Virus record (IMG/VR): IMGVR_UViG_2778261094_000010
Location: 1-48,461 of that record
Reading direction: 5' to 3' (one strand)
DNA: 48,461 nucleotides
DNA from: a virus
Lineage: Duplodnaviria > Heunggongvirae > Uroviricota > Caudoviricetes
Part shown: positions 10,385 through 19,128 of the stretch, one piece after another
How the letters are laid out: each line of letters begins with the position of its first letter
Position numbering within the stretch: the first letter of the stretch is position 1
Made by a program: the position numbers and the translations under genes
The notes under the pieces: model-generated
What the model saw: only the letters and a program-made list of their open reading frames with translations
Database searches by the model: none
Told to the model about the DNA's origin: nothing

Positions 10385-10720
10385 TCAGTTTCCAGAACCA
10401 GGCAACATTGTAGAGTCGTTTCCGGAGGTGCTTCCCGTCTCCGACTGGGTAAAAAAACGCAGGATCTGCATGCTGGTCTTAAAAATATCCAGTTTTGCCA
10501 TCTGCGCCGCCGATGAACGCGGGATCCCCGCCAGCAACGGGATATATTTCAGTGCCACCTGGCTGTCCAGTTTAATACTGCCTTCACCGGAAATAATGAA
10601 AGGAAAACCCAGCGCCTCGATTTCGTCATACGTGGGCTCGCGCAACTCCAGCACATGCAGCATTTCGTTATGCGCTGTCACCGGTTTTTTTAAAACAATT
10701 TCTGTAACGTTCATTGCCAT
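10385..10720 (-). CDS. Tail assembly chaperone (Mu gp41-like)
   Basis: 111 aa ORF between the tail tube and tape measure genes. Confidence 0.6.
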   Translation of the reverse strand: MAMNVTEIVLKKPVTAHNEMLHVLELREPTYDEIEALGFPFIISGEGSIKLDSQVALKYIPLLAGIPRSSAAQMAKLDIFKTSMQILRFFTQSETGSTSGNDSTMLPGSGN

Positions 10721-11076
10721 TACTGATACCCTCCCTCTTCGCCGTGGAATTCAAGATCTGCCGTGCCTTCTTCGGCATTATGGTTAGCCTCTCCGTGCAG
10801 CCATGCAGCCGAAAGCACATACACCATGCCGTTTGCCAGTTCAGCGGTAATCGTCATCTGGTCTGATGTGGTAATTTTGTCGACCGGAAAGTTTTTGGGC
10901 ACTTTAAACGTGCCTTTAACGTAAGGTGACCGCCAGGTCTCCTTGTAATCCACATCCCCTGCCATGCCGACAACATCATCCCGGACATTGGTGTTCATCG
11001 GCACTTCAATGCCACCTGTCAGCGATAACTGCTGACCATCCACTTTAAAAAAACAGGTTCCGGCGATCTTTGCCAT
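10720..11076 (-). CDS. Tail tube protein (contractile tail)
   Basis: 118 aa ORF directly after the sheath gene with start/stop overlap. Confidence 0.8.
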   Translation of the reverse strand: MAKIAGTCFFKVDGQQLSLTGGIEVPMNTNVRDDVVGMAGDVDYKETWRSPYVKGTFKVPKNFPVDKITTSDQMTITAELANGMVYVLSAAWLHGEANHNAEEGTADLEFHGEEGGYQ

Positions 11077-12572
11077 TATGCTGACTCCTCTGAATACTGA
11101 AGACGGAACTGGTTAACCACCGCAAAGACACGTAACTGATTAACATAATCCGGCGGGAACAGCGTATTCAGTCGGTTCGGGTTATCCGCATCACGCTCAA
11201 CTATCAGATACTGTTTAAACAGATCGTAATTTTCCACAATACCGGCACGCTCCATCTGACGATATGTCGCCAGAAGTTCCCCTTTGATAACGGCAGGAGT
11301 GACAATCGCCTGCCCCGGACCAAAACGGGTACCATCATTTGCCAGCTTGTGACGTCCGTACTTGCTTGTGATGACCGATTTCAGTTTGCGAAGAACATAT
11401 GCACTGGTATGCAGAGTTTCACTGTCCAGATAGCTGTTGTCTGCCACGCCATACGCATTCTTTTTGTAGGTGGTTACAGAACGCTGGATCCGCAACGTGC
11501 CGCCTTCCACATAAGCCGTCGCCACGCCGTGAGATAAAAGGGTCTGCTGCTCTGTCATGATGAATCGCTTACCTTTCGGTGCCGGAAGCATCCCCACCAG
11601 CTCCCCCGTCTGTGTCGGACGGGCAGGATCATTCCGGATAAATACCGCTTCACGGGCAAGGCGACTGGCAACCAGTTCATCGACAGGCGACTGGGTTTCT
11701 TTTTCGTAACCGGCAAGCGTGATATGTTGCTGATTATGCATATCTCCGGCACCAACCAGCTCTGACAGCGTTCCCAGTTTTGCGGTATAGACATGCCCGT
11801 ATAACTGGCGCGCATAACTCCAGCGACCGCTGCTGTCATTCATTTCGGTCATCATCATATTGATGGAGGCGGCATCGTTGAACGGCAGACCGATAAAATC
11901 GAATACCTCATCGCCCATAGCGGCAACAGCGGCGGTAAGATCAGGTGCTCCACTACCTGCAGTTCCGGCTTCCGTCACGACCTGAAGTCCCGCAGGCAGA
12001 ATTTCACCACCACCAGAACCATAATAATTCAGGCAGACAGGTAGCTCGTTACCATACAGCCCCTTATGACGGGCAGTCAGTGTCACCACACCTGCATCAG
12101 ATGACGCCGTAAACGGCAGGGTGATAACACCATTTACCGCTTCCTTAATCGCGGTGGCAACCGCAGTGGCATTATCGCCATTCACCACAGGCACCTGTAC
12201 ACGGGAGCGCCCGACATACAGACTCAGGGTGCCGCTTTCCTCTGCTTCTCCGGTAACCGTCACCCTGACCGTTGCCGCCGCCCCTTTGGCTTCCGGTACC
12301 GTAATAACATACAGTTCACCGAAAGGATCTGTCTGACGGTATACTTCGACCATACGCGCCAGCTGGCTCCCCGCTCCACAAATCTGACGGGCATAATCTG
12401 CCGACGGCATCAGCACCAGGCTGTTAACCTCAATGGCAGCATCGTTGCCTGCATGCCCAATCAGTAATGCAGGCGCGCTGGTCACCGCTGTATTTGCCGC
12501 AGAATTGTCCATCTCGGCGTAGAACAACGGCACCAGCGTATTCGACGGAACAGCACTAAAACTTATTGTCAT
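11076..12572 (-). CDS. Tail sheath protein
   Basis: 498 aa; sheath-like sequence and position upstream of the tube gene. Confidence 0.9.
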   Translation of the reverse strand: MTISFSAVPSNTLVPLFYAEMDNSAANTAVTSAPALLIGHAGNDAAIEVNSLVLMPSADYARQICGAGSQLARMVEVYRQTDPFGELYVITVPEAKGAAATVRVTVTGEAEESGTLSLYVGRSRVQVPVVNGDNATAVATAIKEAVNGVITLPFTASSDAGVVTLTARHKGLYGNELPVCLNYYGSGGGEILPAGLQVVTEAGTAGSGAPDLTAAVAAMGDEVFDFIGLPFNDAASINMMMTEMNDSSGRWSYARQLYGHVYTAKLGTLSELVGAGDMHNQQHITLAGYEKETQSPVDELVASRLAREAVFIRNDPARPTQTGELVGMLPAPKGKRFIMTEQQTLLSHGVATAYVEGGTLRIQRSVTTYKKNAYGVADNSYLDSETLHTSAYVLRKLKSVITSKYGRHKLANDGTRFGPGQAIVTPAVIKGELLATYRQMERAGIVENYDLFKQYLIVERDADNPNRLNTLFPPDYVNQLRVFAVVNQFRLQYSEESA

Positions 12573-12730
12573 GATTCTTTAGCCTTATCCTGTTTAACAC
12601 GTACCACATCACCCGCCGCTATACGGCGGAACCAGTAGCTGTTTTCTTCCACATTTCGCCCGTCAGAAGGCAAAAGGTCTCCACGGGCAGGGTCAGGAAC
12701 TGACCGCCCTTTCAGGGGTTTCACAAACAT
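12569..12730 (-). CDS. Small phage protein (DUF2635-like, Mu gp38-like)
   Basis: Unlisted 53-codon ORF (MFVKPLKGRSVPDPARGDLLPSDGRNVEEN...) filling the gap between the neck and sheath genes; its stop overlaps the sheath ATG. Confidence 0.4.
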   Translation of the reverse strand: MFVKPLKGRSVPDPARGDLLPSDGRNVEENSYWFRRIAAGDVVRVKQDKAKES

Positions 12731-12739
12731 GCGGGACTC

Positions 12740-13303
12740 TTATTTCTGAGGGAAACGCATTTCCAGATGGTGCTCAATGTCACCATCCGGGCCAGTACCA
12801 GGATCGATGTAATCCACATCAATACTCAGCAGGGATAAATCCGGCAGGGCATTCACGTCCTCTGCCTGTCGCGTGTCTTCTTCCGTGATTTCATACTTCG
12901 CCGTAAAATCAAACTGGTAATACAGTTCGTAACGGTTCAGATCCAGCAGGGTGCCACCGGCATAAACAATCTCGCCCCCCTGCGGATCCGGCATCCATCC
13001 AAGCAGGGCTTTCCAGAGTTCTCTCCGGACATCATGAACGGCGTCATAGGCTGCCCACTGCCCTTTTTCATCACGCTCATTGCTGAGCACAACAATCACG
13101 GAGAAGCCTTCTGTCAAATCCTGCCAGTAATCGGTCTGTGATTTTTGTTCCCCCGGTGCATCGTCAGAGGGAACCACATAGGCAGCAGGCAGTCGCAGTT
13201 TTCCGGCATCAGGGATCGCCTTAAACTGCGCCGCGCCACCAACACGATCCTCAAAACGCGGGCATCGCTCACGCAACGCCGCAATTATCGTTGTCAGTTT
13301 CAT
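12740..13303 (-). CDS. Putative tail completion / neck protein (Mu gp37-like)
   Basis: 187 aa acidic ORF between the head-tail adaptor genes and the sheath gene. Confidence 0.55.
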   Translation of the reverse strand: MKLTTIIAALRERCPRFEDRVGGAAQFKAIPDAGKLRLPAAYVVPSDDAPGEQKSQTDYWQDLTEGFSVIVVLSNERDEKGQWAAYDAVHDVRRELWKALLGWMPDPQGGEIVYAGGTLLDLNRYELYYQFDFTAKYEITEEDTRQAEDVNALPDLSLLSIDVDYIDPGTGPDGDIEHHLEMRFPQK

Positions 13304-13824
13304 TTATGCTTCCTTTTTACCGGACGTAACGAACGCTGCAGCTCACGGGACAACAGTTCCTGCGTCCAGTGACGCCGCCGCTCAATAACGTCAGCCATAA
13401 AGTTATTACGCGGGGCCAGCCGGAAAGTCGAAGAATGGTGCTTCTTCTGCCGCTTATCCTTTTTGTCCATTCCATACGCTGAATGGCGAACGCCGTAATA
13501 CAGAAATGCCGGATAATAGGATGCGCCTTCATGGAAACGGCGATTCCCCTGCCCGTTTTTCTGGTTAGGAGAAATTTTCACCATCAGTCCGGGGCGACGC
13601 GTCGTTTTTTTGGGAACGTAATAACCGATGGAGCGGGCCAGACGCCCGGTCTGATATCCCGGATTCTCTCCCGGACCGGAACGCCCGCGTTTAATCACCA
13701 GACGTCTGGCGTCGCGCATATAGACGCGCCCGATCTGCACAAATGCCCGCCGCAGACGGGCACGATTAAACTCCAGCTCCTTTGGTTGTTTAAAGTCGAC
13801 GTGTAAAAATGCTGTCTGATTCAT
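13300..13824 (-). CDS. Putative head-tail adaptor protein (HK97 gp10-like / Mu gp36-like)
   Basis: Basic protein following the head-tail joining gene; start assigned to the ATG at 13824 (MNQTAFLHV) rather than 13863 to limit overlap. Confidence 0.5.
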   Translation of the reverse strand: MNQTAFLHVDFKQPKELEFNRARLRRAFVQIGRVYMRDARRLVIKRGRSGPGENPGYQTGRLARSIGYYVPKKTTRRPGLMVKISPNQKNGQGNRRFHEGASYYPAFLYYGVRHSAYGMDKKDKRQKKHHSSTFRLAPRNNFMADVIERRRHWTQELLSRELQRSLRPVKRKHK

Positions 13825-14206
13825 GGCATTCACCCCATCGTCGCGCTGTACGCAGTTCCTCACATTCCAGTAATAAAAAACGTCGCTGACCGTTCAGGTC
13901 GCGTATTCGCCGGATCCGGTACTCCTGACCGTAATAAACCACCTCATGATCTGCCGTGATGCCGTGACGGAAACGGATTGTAAAATAATGCGTAACGACA
14001 TTTTCTGTCTGCACTGAGCCCTGATAAGCGGCAGCGCCTGGCTGAGCCACCTTTGCCCAGACATCAAACGACTCCGGATACGTTGGCTCCGTACCAAAAT
14101 CAGCGGTGGGTTCATCCACCCGAAGGCGGATCTTTATCCGGCGATTCAGCTCTCCGGGATCCGGTAAAAGGTAAGTGGCACTGGTCTGACTTTGCCTGAT
14201 TTTCAT
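13790..14206 (-). CDS. Head-tail joining (head closure) protein
   Basis: Translation from MKIRQSQTSATYLLPDPGELNRRIKI fits the head closure family; ATG at 14206 overlaps the gp6-like stop (ATGA). Confidence 0.7.
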   Translation of the reverse strand: MKIRQSQTSATYLLPDPGELNRRIKIRLRVDEPTADFGTEPTYPESFDVWAKVAQPGAAAYQGSVQTENVVTHYFTIRFRHGITADHEVVYYGQEYRIRRIRDLNGQRRFLLLECEELRTARRWGECHESDSIFTRRL

Positions 14207-14526
14207 AGCGGGACAATCCTGTAAGGGCCAGCAAGCCATCTGAAACTCATTGGCGTTTCCAGTTTCTCCACATCGGTGATCGTTGAGCGATTTTCATAAA
14301 AATGACTGACCAGCATCAGCATTGCCAGACGAACGTCATCAGTCAGATGCATCCCGTCAGGATCGTCTTCCGGAATCGTCTCTTCCGGTGCATACAACTT
14401 CCTGTTCAGGTATGTCTCTGTTCTTTTCTGTACCGCCTGTGCCAGCAATTTCAGAAAATCGCCGTCACTGTACAAACCATCATCGAGCCGGAGGTGAGAT
14501 TTAATTTCCTCTTCTTTCAGGAGCAT
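14203..14526 (-). CDS. Head-tail connector protein (gp6-like)
   Basis: 107 aa, MLLKEEEIKSHLRLDD...; follows the major capsid gene after a stem-loop and an AGGAGG ribosome-binding site. Confidence 0.75.
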   Translation of the reverse strand: MLLKEEEIKSHLRLDDGLYSDGDFLKLLAQAVQKRTETYLNRKLYAPEETIPEDDPDGMHLTDDVRLAMLMLVSHFYENRSTITDVEKLETPMSFRWLAGPYRIVPL

Positions 14527-14571
14527 ATTTTCCTCCTGTGCCCGCCATTACGCGGGCACAAAAAAACCGCA

Positions 14572-15798
14572 TTACGCAGTGGCTTTCTGGCGGGTTGCAG
14601 CCCCAATTTTCATCAGCTTAATCGCCTGAGAATCCACCAGCATACCGCCGGTTCGCTTGGTGGTATAAAAACCCACAAACGGTTTGTTGGTGTACGGATC
14701 GCGCAGGATACGGGTACCGATGCGATCAACGATGGTATAGCCACGTTTGAAGTTACCAAACGCAATGGCTTTTGCATCGGCGGCAATATCCGGCATCTGC
14801 TCATTCTCAACGATGCCATACCCTGCCAGAGAAGAAGGCTGACCCAGCTCAATACCCGGACGCCACAGATAATTTCCGTCGTTATCCTTCAGCAGACGAA
14901 TGGCAAACAGGCTGCTGTTGTTCATCATGAACTTCGCGCCGCTGCGGTGCGCCTTACGCAGGGTGTAAATCAGTTTAATGATCGCATCAGCGGTCACGCC
15001 GGAAGCCGCACCGGAAGCGATATGCTGAAGTTTGCCAAACTTACGGGTTTTGTCATCTTCATCGGTGGACTCATAAGCCAGAAAACCTTTTGGTTTTTTG
15101 CTGCCGTCGCCACTGGTAAAGGCCATTTCTTCCTGTTCGGCAAATTCCAGCGCCAGCTCACTGTTGATCCAGTCTTCCACATTGAAGAAAGCGTCATCGA
15201 GCATTTTCTGGGTGGCCTGCGGGTTGCCGTAGATTTCCCCCATAAAGGGTTCAATCAGCCCCAGTTTTGAGGTGGCGGTTTCCGGACGCGTATCCGTTTC
15301 CCCCACCCATCCGGACTTAGTGCCGCCCAGATTCACCAGTTTTTTATAATCCGAGCCACCGAGGGTGATCACGGTGGCTTCCTGGCGCATCACCACCTCA
15401 TCTTTCAGCAGCGTCAGGATGGTACGATCCAGTTCTTCCGGAATGGCATAACCACCATCTTCATCATTGCCCACCTGAAGCGCCTTACGTTCAAGTTCAC
15501 GCAGACCGTCTTCACGCCCCTTGCGCATAAATCCGATAAACGCTTCTTTGTGTTCACCGGCAACTTTATTTTTCGTGCCGCCTGCCGGACGCTTAACTTC
15601 AGCCAGCTCAGCCTCAAGATCGCTTTTCAGGTTTTCCAGCTCGCTGATTTGCCCGTTCAGGCTTTCCACCTGTTCGGCCAGCTTGCTTTTTTCCTGTTCG
15701 ATCGCGTCAATGCGCTTGTCGTTTTTTGCCTTAAAATCGTCAAACTTCTGCTGCAAATCCTGCGCGACCTGTTCAACGTCTTTAATATCAACAGCCAT
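14572..15798 (-). CDS. Major capsid protein, HK97 fold
   Basis: 408 aa with N-terminal coiled-coil delta-like region then an HK97 capsid core (GGYAIPEE motif); follows the prohead protease. Confidence 0.9.
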   Translation of the reverse strand: MAVDIKDVEQVAQDLQQKFDDFKAKNDKRIDAIEQEKSKLAEQVESLNGQISELENLKSDLEAELAEVKRPAGGTKNKVAGEHKEAFIGFMRKGREDGLRELERKALQVGNDEDGGYAIPEELDRTILTLLKDEVVMRQEATVITLGGSDYKKLVNLGGTKSGWVGETDTRPETATSKLGLIEPFMGEIYGNPQATQKMLDDAFFNVEDWINSELALEFAEQEEMAFTSGDGSKKPKGFLAYESTDEDDKTRKFGKLQHIASGAASGVTADAIIKLIYTLRKAHRSGAKFMMNNSSLFAIRLLKDNDGNYLWRPGIELGQPSSLAGYGIVENEQMPDIAADAKAIAFGNFKRGYTIVDRIGTRILRDPYTNKPFVGFYTTKRTGGMLVDSQAIKLMKIGAATRQKATA

Positions 15799-15811
15799 TA
15801 TTTACTCCTGG

Positions 15812-16462
15812 TTAAAATTTAAGATTTTTCAGTGCATTCAGTGCGACATCCACATCCTCAGCATCACGCAGGGATAAAGCGCCATATCCCCCGGCCATGA
15901 ATGCTTTGGCCTGGGTTCGCGAGAGTCCAACATCGCGCAGGACTCGCTCAATAATTTTCTGATCAGGGATCTCCCCACGCGCCAGCGCATTTTTCACATC
16001 GCTGATGCGTGCTTCATCATTGGAAGGAAACGTCACCAGACTGACCTCCCACAGGTCGATCTCTTTCAGCAGGAATACCCCTTTTTCCCGGTCGTACTCC
16101 CAGTCTTTCAGGATGTAGCCAACAGAAAGGCCGGTTAAAGAACCGGCCTTCATATGGGCGTGTGCACGTTTTGCCAGGGGATCATCATCAACGAGTAATC
16201 GCCCCCTGACATAAAGCCCGACATCATCTTCTTTCATTTCGGTGTACACACCGATGGGCTCATCCATGCGGTGCTGCCAGAGCAACGCAGGCAGCGCCTT
16301 TTTTTCGCTCCATTTCTCGAGTGTTGTGGTAAAGGCACCGGGGACCACCACATCATCGTGGCTGTCCTTTACACCAAAGACGGAGCCATACCCTTCAAAC
16401 TCACCGGAGTCACTGACAGATTTCAGACTCAGCGGTACATCAAGACGTTGTTTCGTCTGCAT
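15812..16462 (-). CDS. Prohead protease (HK97 family)
   Basis: HK97-type prohead protease sequence character; start assigned to the ATG at 16462 (MQTKQRLDVP) with an AAGGA ribosome-binding site rather than 16498. Confidence 0.85.
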   Translation of the reverse strand: MQTKQRLDVPLSLKSVSDSGEFEGYGSVFGVKDSHDDVVVPGAFTTTLEKWSEKKALPALLWQHRMDEPIGVYTEMKEDDVGLYVRGRLLVDDDPLAKRAHAHMKAGSLTGLSVGYILKDWEYDREKGVFLLKEIDLWEVSLVTFPSNDEARISDVKNALARGEIPDQKIIERVLRDVGLSRTQAKAFMAGGYGALSLRDAEDVDVALNALKNLKF

Positions 16463-17681
16463 TGGCGTTATCCTTCTGCTTACCGGCTTTACTGCCATCG
16501 GAGGGTTTCGTGGTCATGTTCATCGGTGTGAGATAGACATCCCCACCGGGACGCGGATTCATATCTTCCAGGTCGCGGCAGTCATTGGGAGAGTAAATTC
16601 CCCAGTTAATCCCGGTGGCGTAGGCTTCAAAACGGGATTTCATATCCCCGCGCAGTAACGCCCCGGCGTTAAATTTGGCGTAAAACTTCCCCTGTTTGCT
16701 CTCCCTGACCAGCCCTGTATTGATCCGTTGTTCAATACGGGTCAGATACGGCACAAGGGAATAGTTGATAAATCCGAGCCCCAGCTCTTCAATATTGTTG
16801 AAAGTGGCGCGATCGGTGTTCTGCACCATGTGCAGCGGCACGCGGAAAAGACGACAGATTTCTTCCAGCTGAAACTTGCGGGTTTCCAGGAACTGGCTGT
16901 CCTCGGCGTTCAGTGCCACCGGCTTCCAGTCCAGCCCCATTTCCAGAATCATCGGACGGTGCGCATTACCCAGCCCAAGATGACGCTCCTCAAAATCCCT
17001 CTTCATGCGCTCATAAGCATCCGGCGTGAGCTTTTGTTCCGTACGCAACACACCGGATGTCACAGCACCGTTACCAAACAGCCTGGCGCCGTGCTCCTCG
17101 GTTGCCGCTGCCAGTGAAATGGCCTCGCGCGCATATGCAATGGGATTCAGACCGACAAGTCCATCCAGCGTCAGGGTGCGCACATGCCAGATTTCATCCT
17201 GGGTCAACACATCCACGGAGCCATCCGGAAACGTCACCTGATAAACCGGCTGCCACTGGCTGTTCAGCTTCGGCTCCACACAGCCCGGATCTATCGGAAG
17301 AAGCTCCACTACTTCCCCCAGCGCCTTCACCTTGTAGGCGTAAAAATTCCCCCGCAGACACAGGCAGACAATAACCAGCTCCCAGAATTCCTGCGGCGTC
17401 ATGTAGCCATTGGGTTTTGCTGAAATCAGCTTATGCAGCCGTTCATCCACCGCCCGTGTTTTAAGGGTGCCGCTGATTTTGTAGAGACTGCAGGGCAGCA
17501 TACCAACAGACTCAGCCAGCACCCTGACGCAGGAATACACCGCCGTCAGCCGCATGGCCCGCTGGCTGCTGATCCGCTTTCCGGTATAGGTGTCGTATGA
17601 CAACCCCAGCTCTTCCGCAAGCATCCCGGGCGTTGTGACGGGGGTGTTATTTTTACGTTGAAAAAGCCCCTGGAAAAACAT
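16440..17681 (-). CDS. Portal protein (HK97 family)
   Basis: 413 aa portal-like sequence immediately downstream of the terminase fragment and upstream of the protease. Confidence 0.9.
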   Translation of the reverse strand: MFFQGLFQRKNNTPVTTPGMLAEELGLSYDTYTGKRISSQRAMRLTAVYSCVRVLAESVGMLPCSLYKISGTLKTRAVDERLHKLISAKPNGYMTPQEFWELVIVCLCLRGNFYAYKVKALGEVVELLPIDPGCVEPKLNSQWQPVYQVTFPDGSVDVLTQDEIWHVRTLTLDGLVGLNPIAYAREAISLAAATEEHGARLFGNGAVTSGVLRTEQKLTPDAYERMKRDFEERHLGLGNAHRPMILEMGLDWKPVALNAEDSQFLETRKFQLEEICRLFRVPLHMVQNTDRATFNNIEELGLGFINYSLVPYLTRIEQRINTGLVRESKQGKFYAKFNAGALLRGDMKSRFEAYATGINWGIYSPNDCRDLEDMNPRPGGDVYLTPMNMTTKPSDGSKAGKQKDNANADETTS

Positions 17682-17863
17682 TACTCACCTCCGGAGGCGA
17701 CCCGGTGACCGCGATCGAGATAACGCGCAACCAGCCACGACCAGCACAGACACAGCACCCCGGCAACAACAAAACCCGCCGGGGGATAAATCAGCCAGGC
17801 GCCATACGCCAGCAAAAGCACACCCAGCACGCCCACCAGAGGCGTGAGAATTATCAGAAACAT
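17681..17863 (-). CDS. Small hydrophobic membrane protein, unknown function
   Basis: 60 aa with two predicted transmembrane stretches between the terL C-terminal fragment and the portal gene. Confidence 0.4.
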   Translation of the reverse strand: MFLIILTPLVGVLGVLLLAYGAWLIYPPAGFVVAGVLCLCWSWLVARYLDRGHRVASGGE

Positions 17864-17874
17864 AATGACCTCGG

Positions 17875-18611
17875 TTAAAGCGAGCGAATACCAACGCTGA
17901 CCAGATGTTCAGACAGATCCGGCTCCGGTTCACCGCCATTGACCAGCATCCGGCTCATTGCTGTAAACATCGCAACAGGGCCGTCGATTTTGGCTTCCGG
18001 CGTGGATTTATTCGGGAAGATATTGTCGTTTTTGTCCGGTTTTACCGTAACGTTAGACATCATCCAGTTCATGACCGGATGATTGCTGTGGTGGAAACGC
18101 CCGGCATAGACCAGTGATTCCGTTTCCTTCATGGCCTCTGACAGATTGCGGACCGTCTGCGGAACTTCCACCAGCGGTATACCTTCTTCAGTCAGCGCCA
18201 GACTGAACTGCATTGCGCTCCACGGGTCAAATCCCAGTTCCCTCAGGTTTTCACCGCCAATCCATTCCAGTAGGTCACTTTTGATCTGAGCATGATCGAT
18301 AACATCACCATCCGTCAGGATGAGCTTACCCATCTCCGCCCACTTCCGGTAAAGTTCTGCCTGCTGCCGTGAGCATCGTTCCAGCCGTCCTTCCGGAAGC
18401 CAGAATTTAAAATCGGCATGAACATGCCCGTTATCCGTTCGCCAGAGTTTTGCCGCCGCACAGATATCAATCTTATGAGCAAGGTCGACGCCGACCCACA
18501 TGGGATATGTTTTCAGCTCATGCTGTGGAGCAATGTATTCGCACTTCTCCCACTTAATCATGTCCATCCAGGCAGACTCTGCTGTTACCCACACATTCAT
18601 GTGTTTGGTAA
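17875..18611 (-). pseudogene. terL: Helper prophage terminase large subunit, C-terminal nuclease-domain fragment (3' half of a terL split by the satellite)
   Basis: Translation NVWVTAESAW...WVGVDLAHKID...KIDGPVAMFTAM aligns with the C-terminal nuclease domain of the intact satellite TerL (NIWCQGATPW...AGLDLSSTSD...KIDPSVAALMAF); the reading frame runs up to the 7-bp core at 18605..18611. Confidence 0.8.
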
Positions 18612-18620
18612 GAATATTTC
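18601..18620. repeat. Left attachment junction (attL-like): exact 7-bp core TTGGTAA at 18605..18611 plus imperfect flanking match
   Basis: TTGGTAAgAAtATT here versus TTGGTAAaAAaATT at 33522..33535; marks the boundary between the terL C-fragment and satellite DNA. Confidence 0.65.
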
Positions 18621-18894
18621 AAGTTTTTTAAAATCACCTGTATATCAATCGTTTAACATGAAAAAACAGTCTTTATAAATCATCAAGCAATACACAGCGC
18701 AATACACGTATCTGTATTGTTTTAATGCTGATACACACCGTTTTTTGATACAGTGATTCGACCTACCATCGCGAAGCATTTTTTATTTCTTGTGTGTAAC
18801 AATCTGACGAGGTGAGCACTCAAAGAGATAAGAGGCAGTAGAAATTTCGATCACCCCCCTGAATGCAATTTTTCGTATATATATACAAAACAGC

Positions 18895-19047
18895 GCGGGT
18901 TATGCGGGTTAGCGGGTTATCTTCGCGTGCTAAGTATTTTTTGCTCTTTAATATCAATGCGTTAAAAAACAACGTATTTAAATATCAGCCAGAATGTAAC
19001 CCGCAAGACATTCAAAATAACCCGCACCCCTCCCTCAAATAACCCGC
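18895..19047. repeat. Iteron cluster B: 3 tandem GCGGGTTA(T/G) repeats, AT-rich spacer, 3 inverted (A)TAACCCGC copies
   Basis: Direct copies at 18895..18920, inverted copies at 18997..19004, 19017..19025 and 19039..19047, preceded by a TATATATATA tract; same repeat unit as the cluster downstream of the replication gene. Confidence 0.7.
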
Positions 19048-19128
19048 AAAAACATCCCTGAAAGTGGGTACCGGTAATACTGAAAATTTATTCCATTAAA
19101 TGAGCATTGTCCTCTCTCATCCATTCCG

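Noticed and set aside
14302-15270. 322-aa plus-strand ORF antisense to the major capsid gene, with similar plus-strand ORFs at 4228..4917, 8667..9290 and 26004..26498
   Set aside because: They lie fully opposite confidently assigned minus-strand genes, have low-complexity or Cys/His/Arg-rich translations typical of GC-rich shadow frames, and lack ribosome-binding sites.
18895-19047. Possible CRISPR array, given short direct repeats (also at 26707..26829)
   Set aside because: Repeat units are only 8-9 bp, include inverted copies, have no unique spacers of spacer length and no cas genes; the iteron interpretation fits better.
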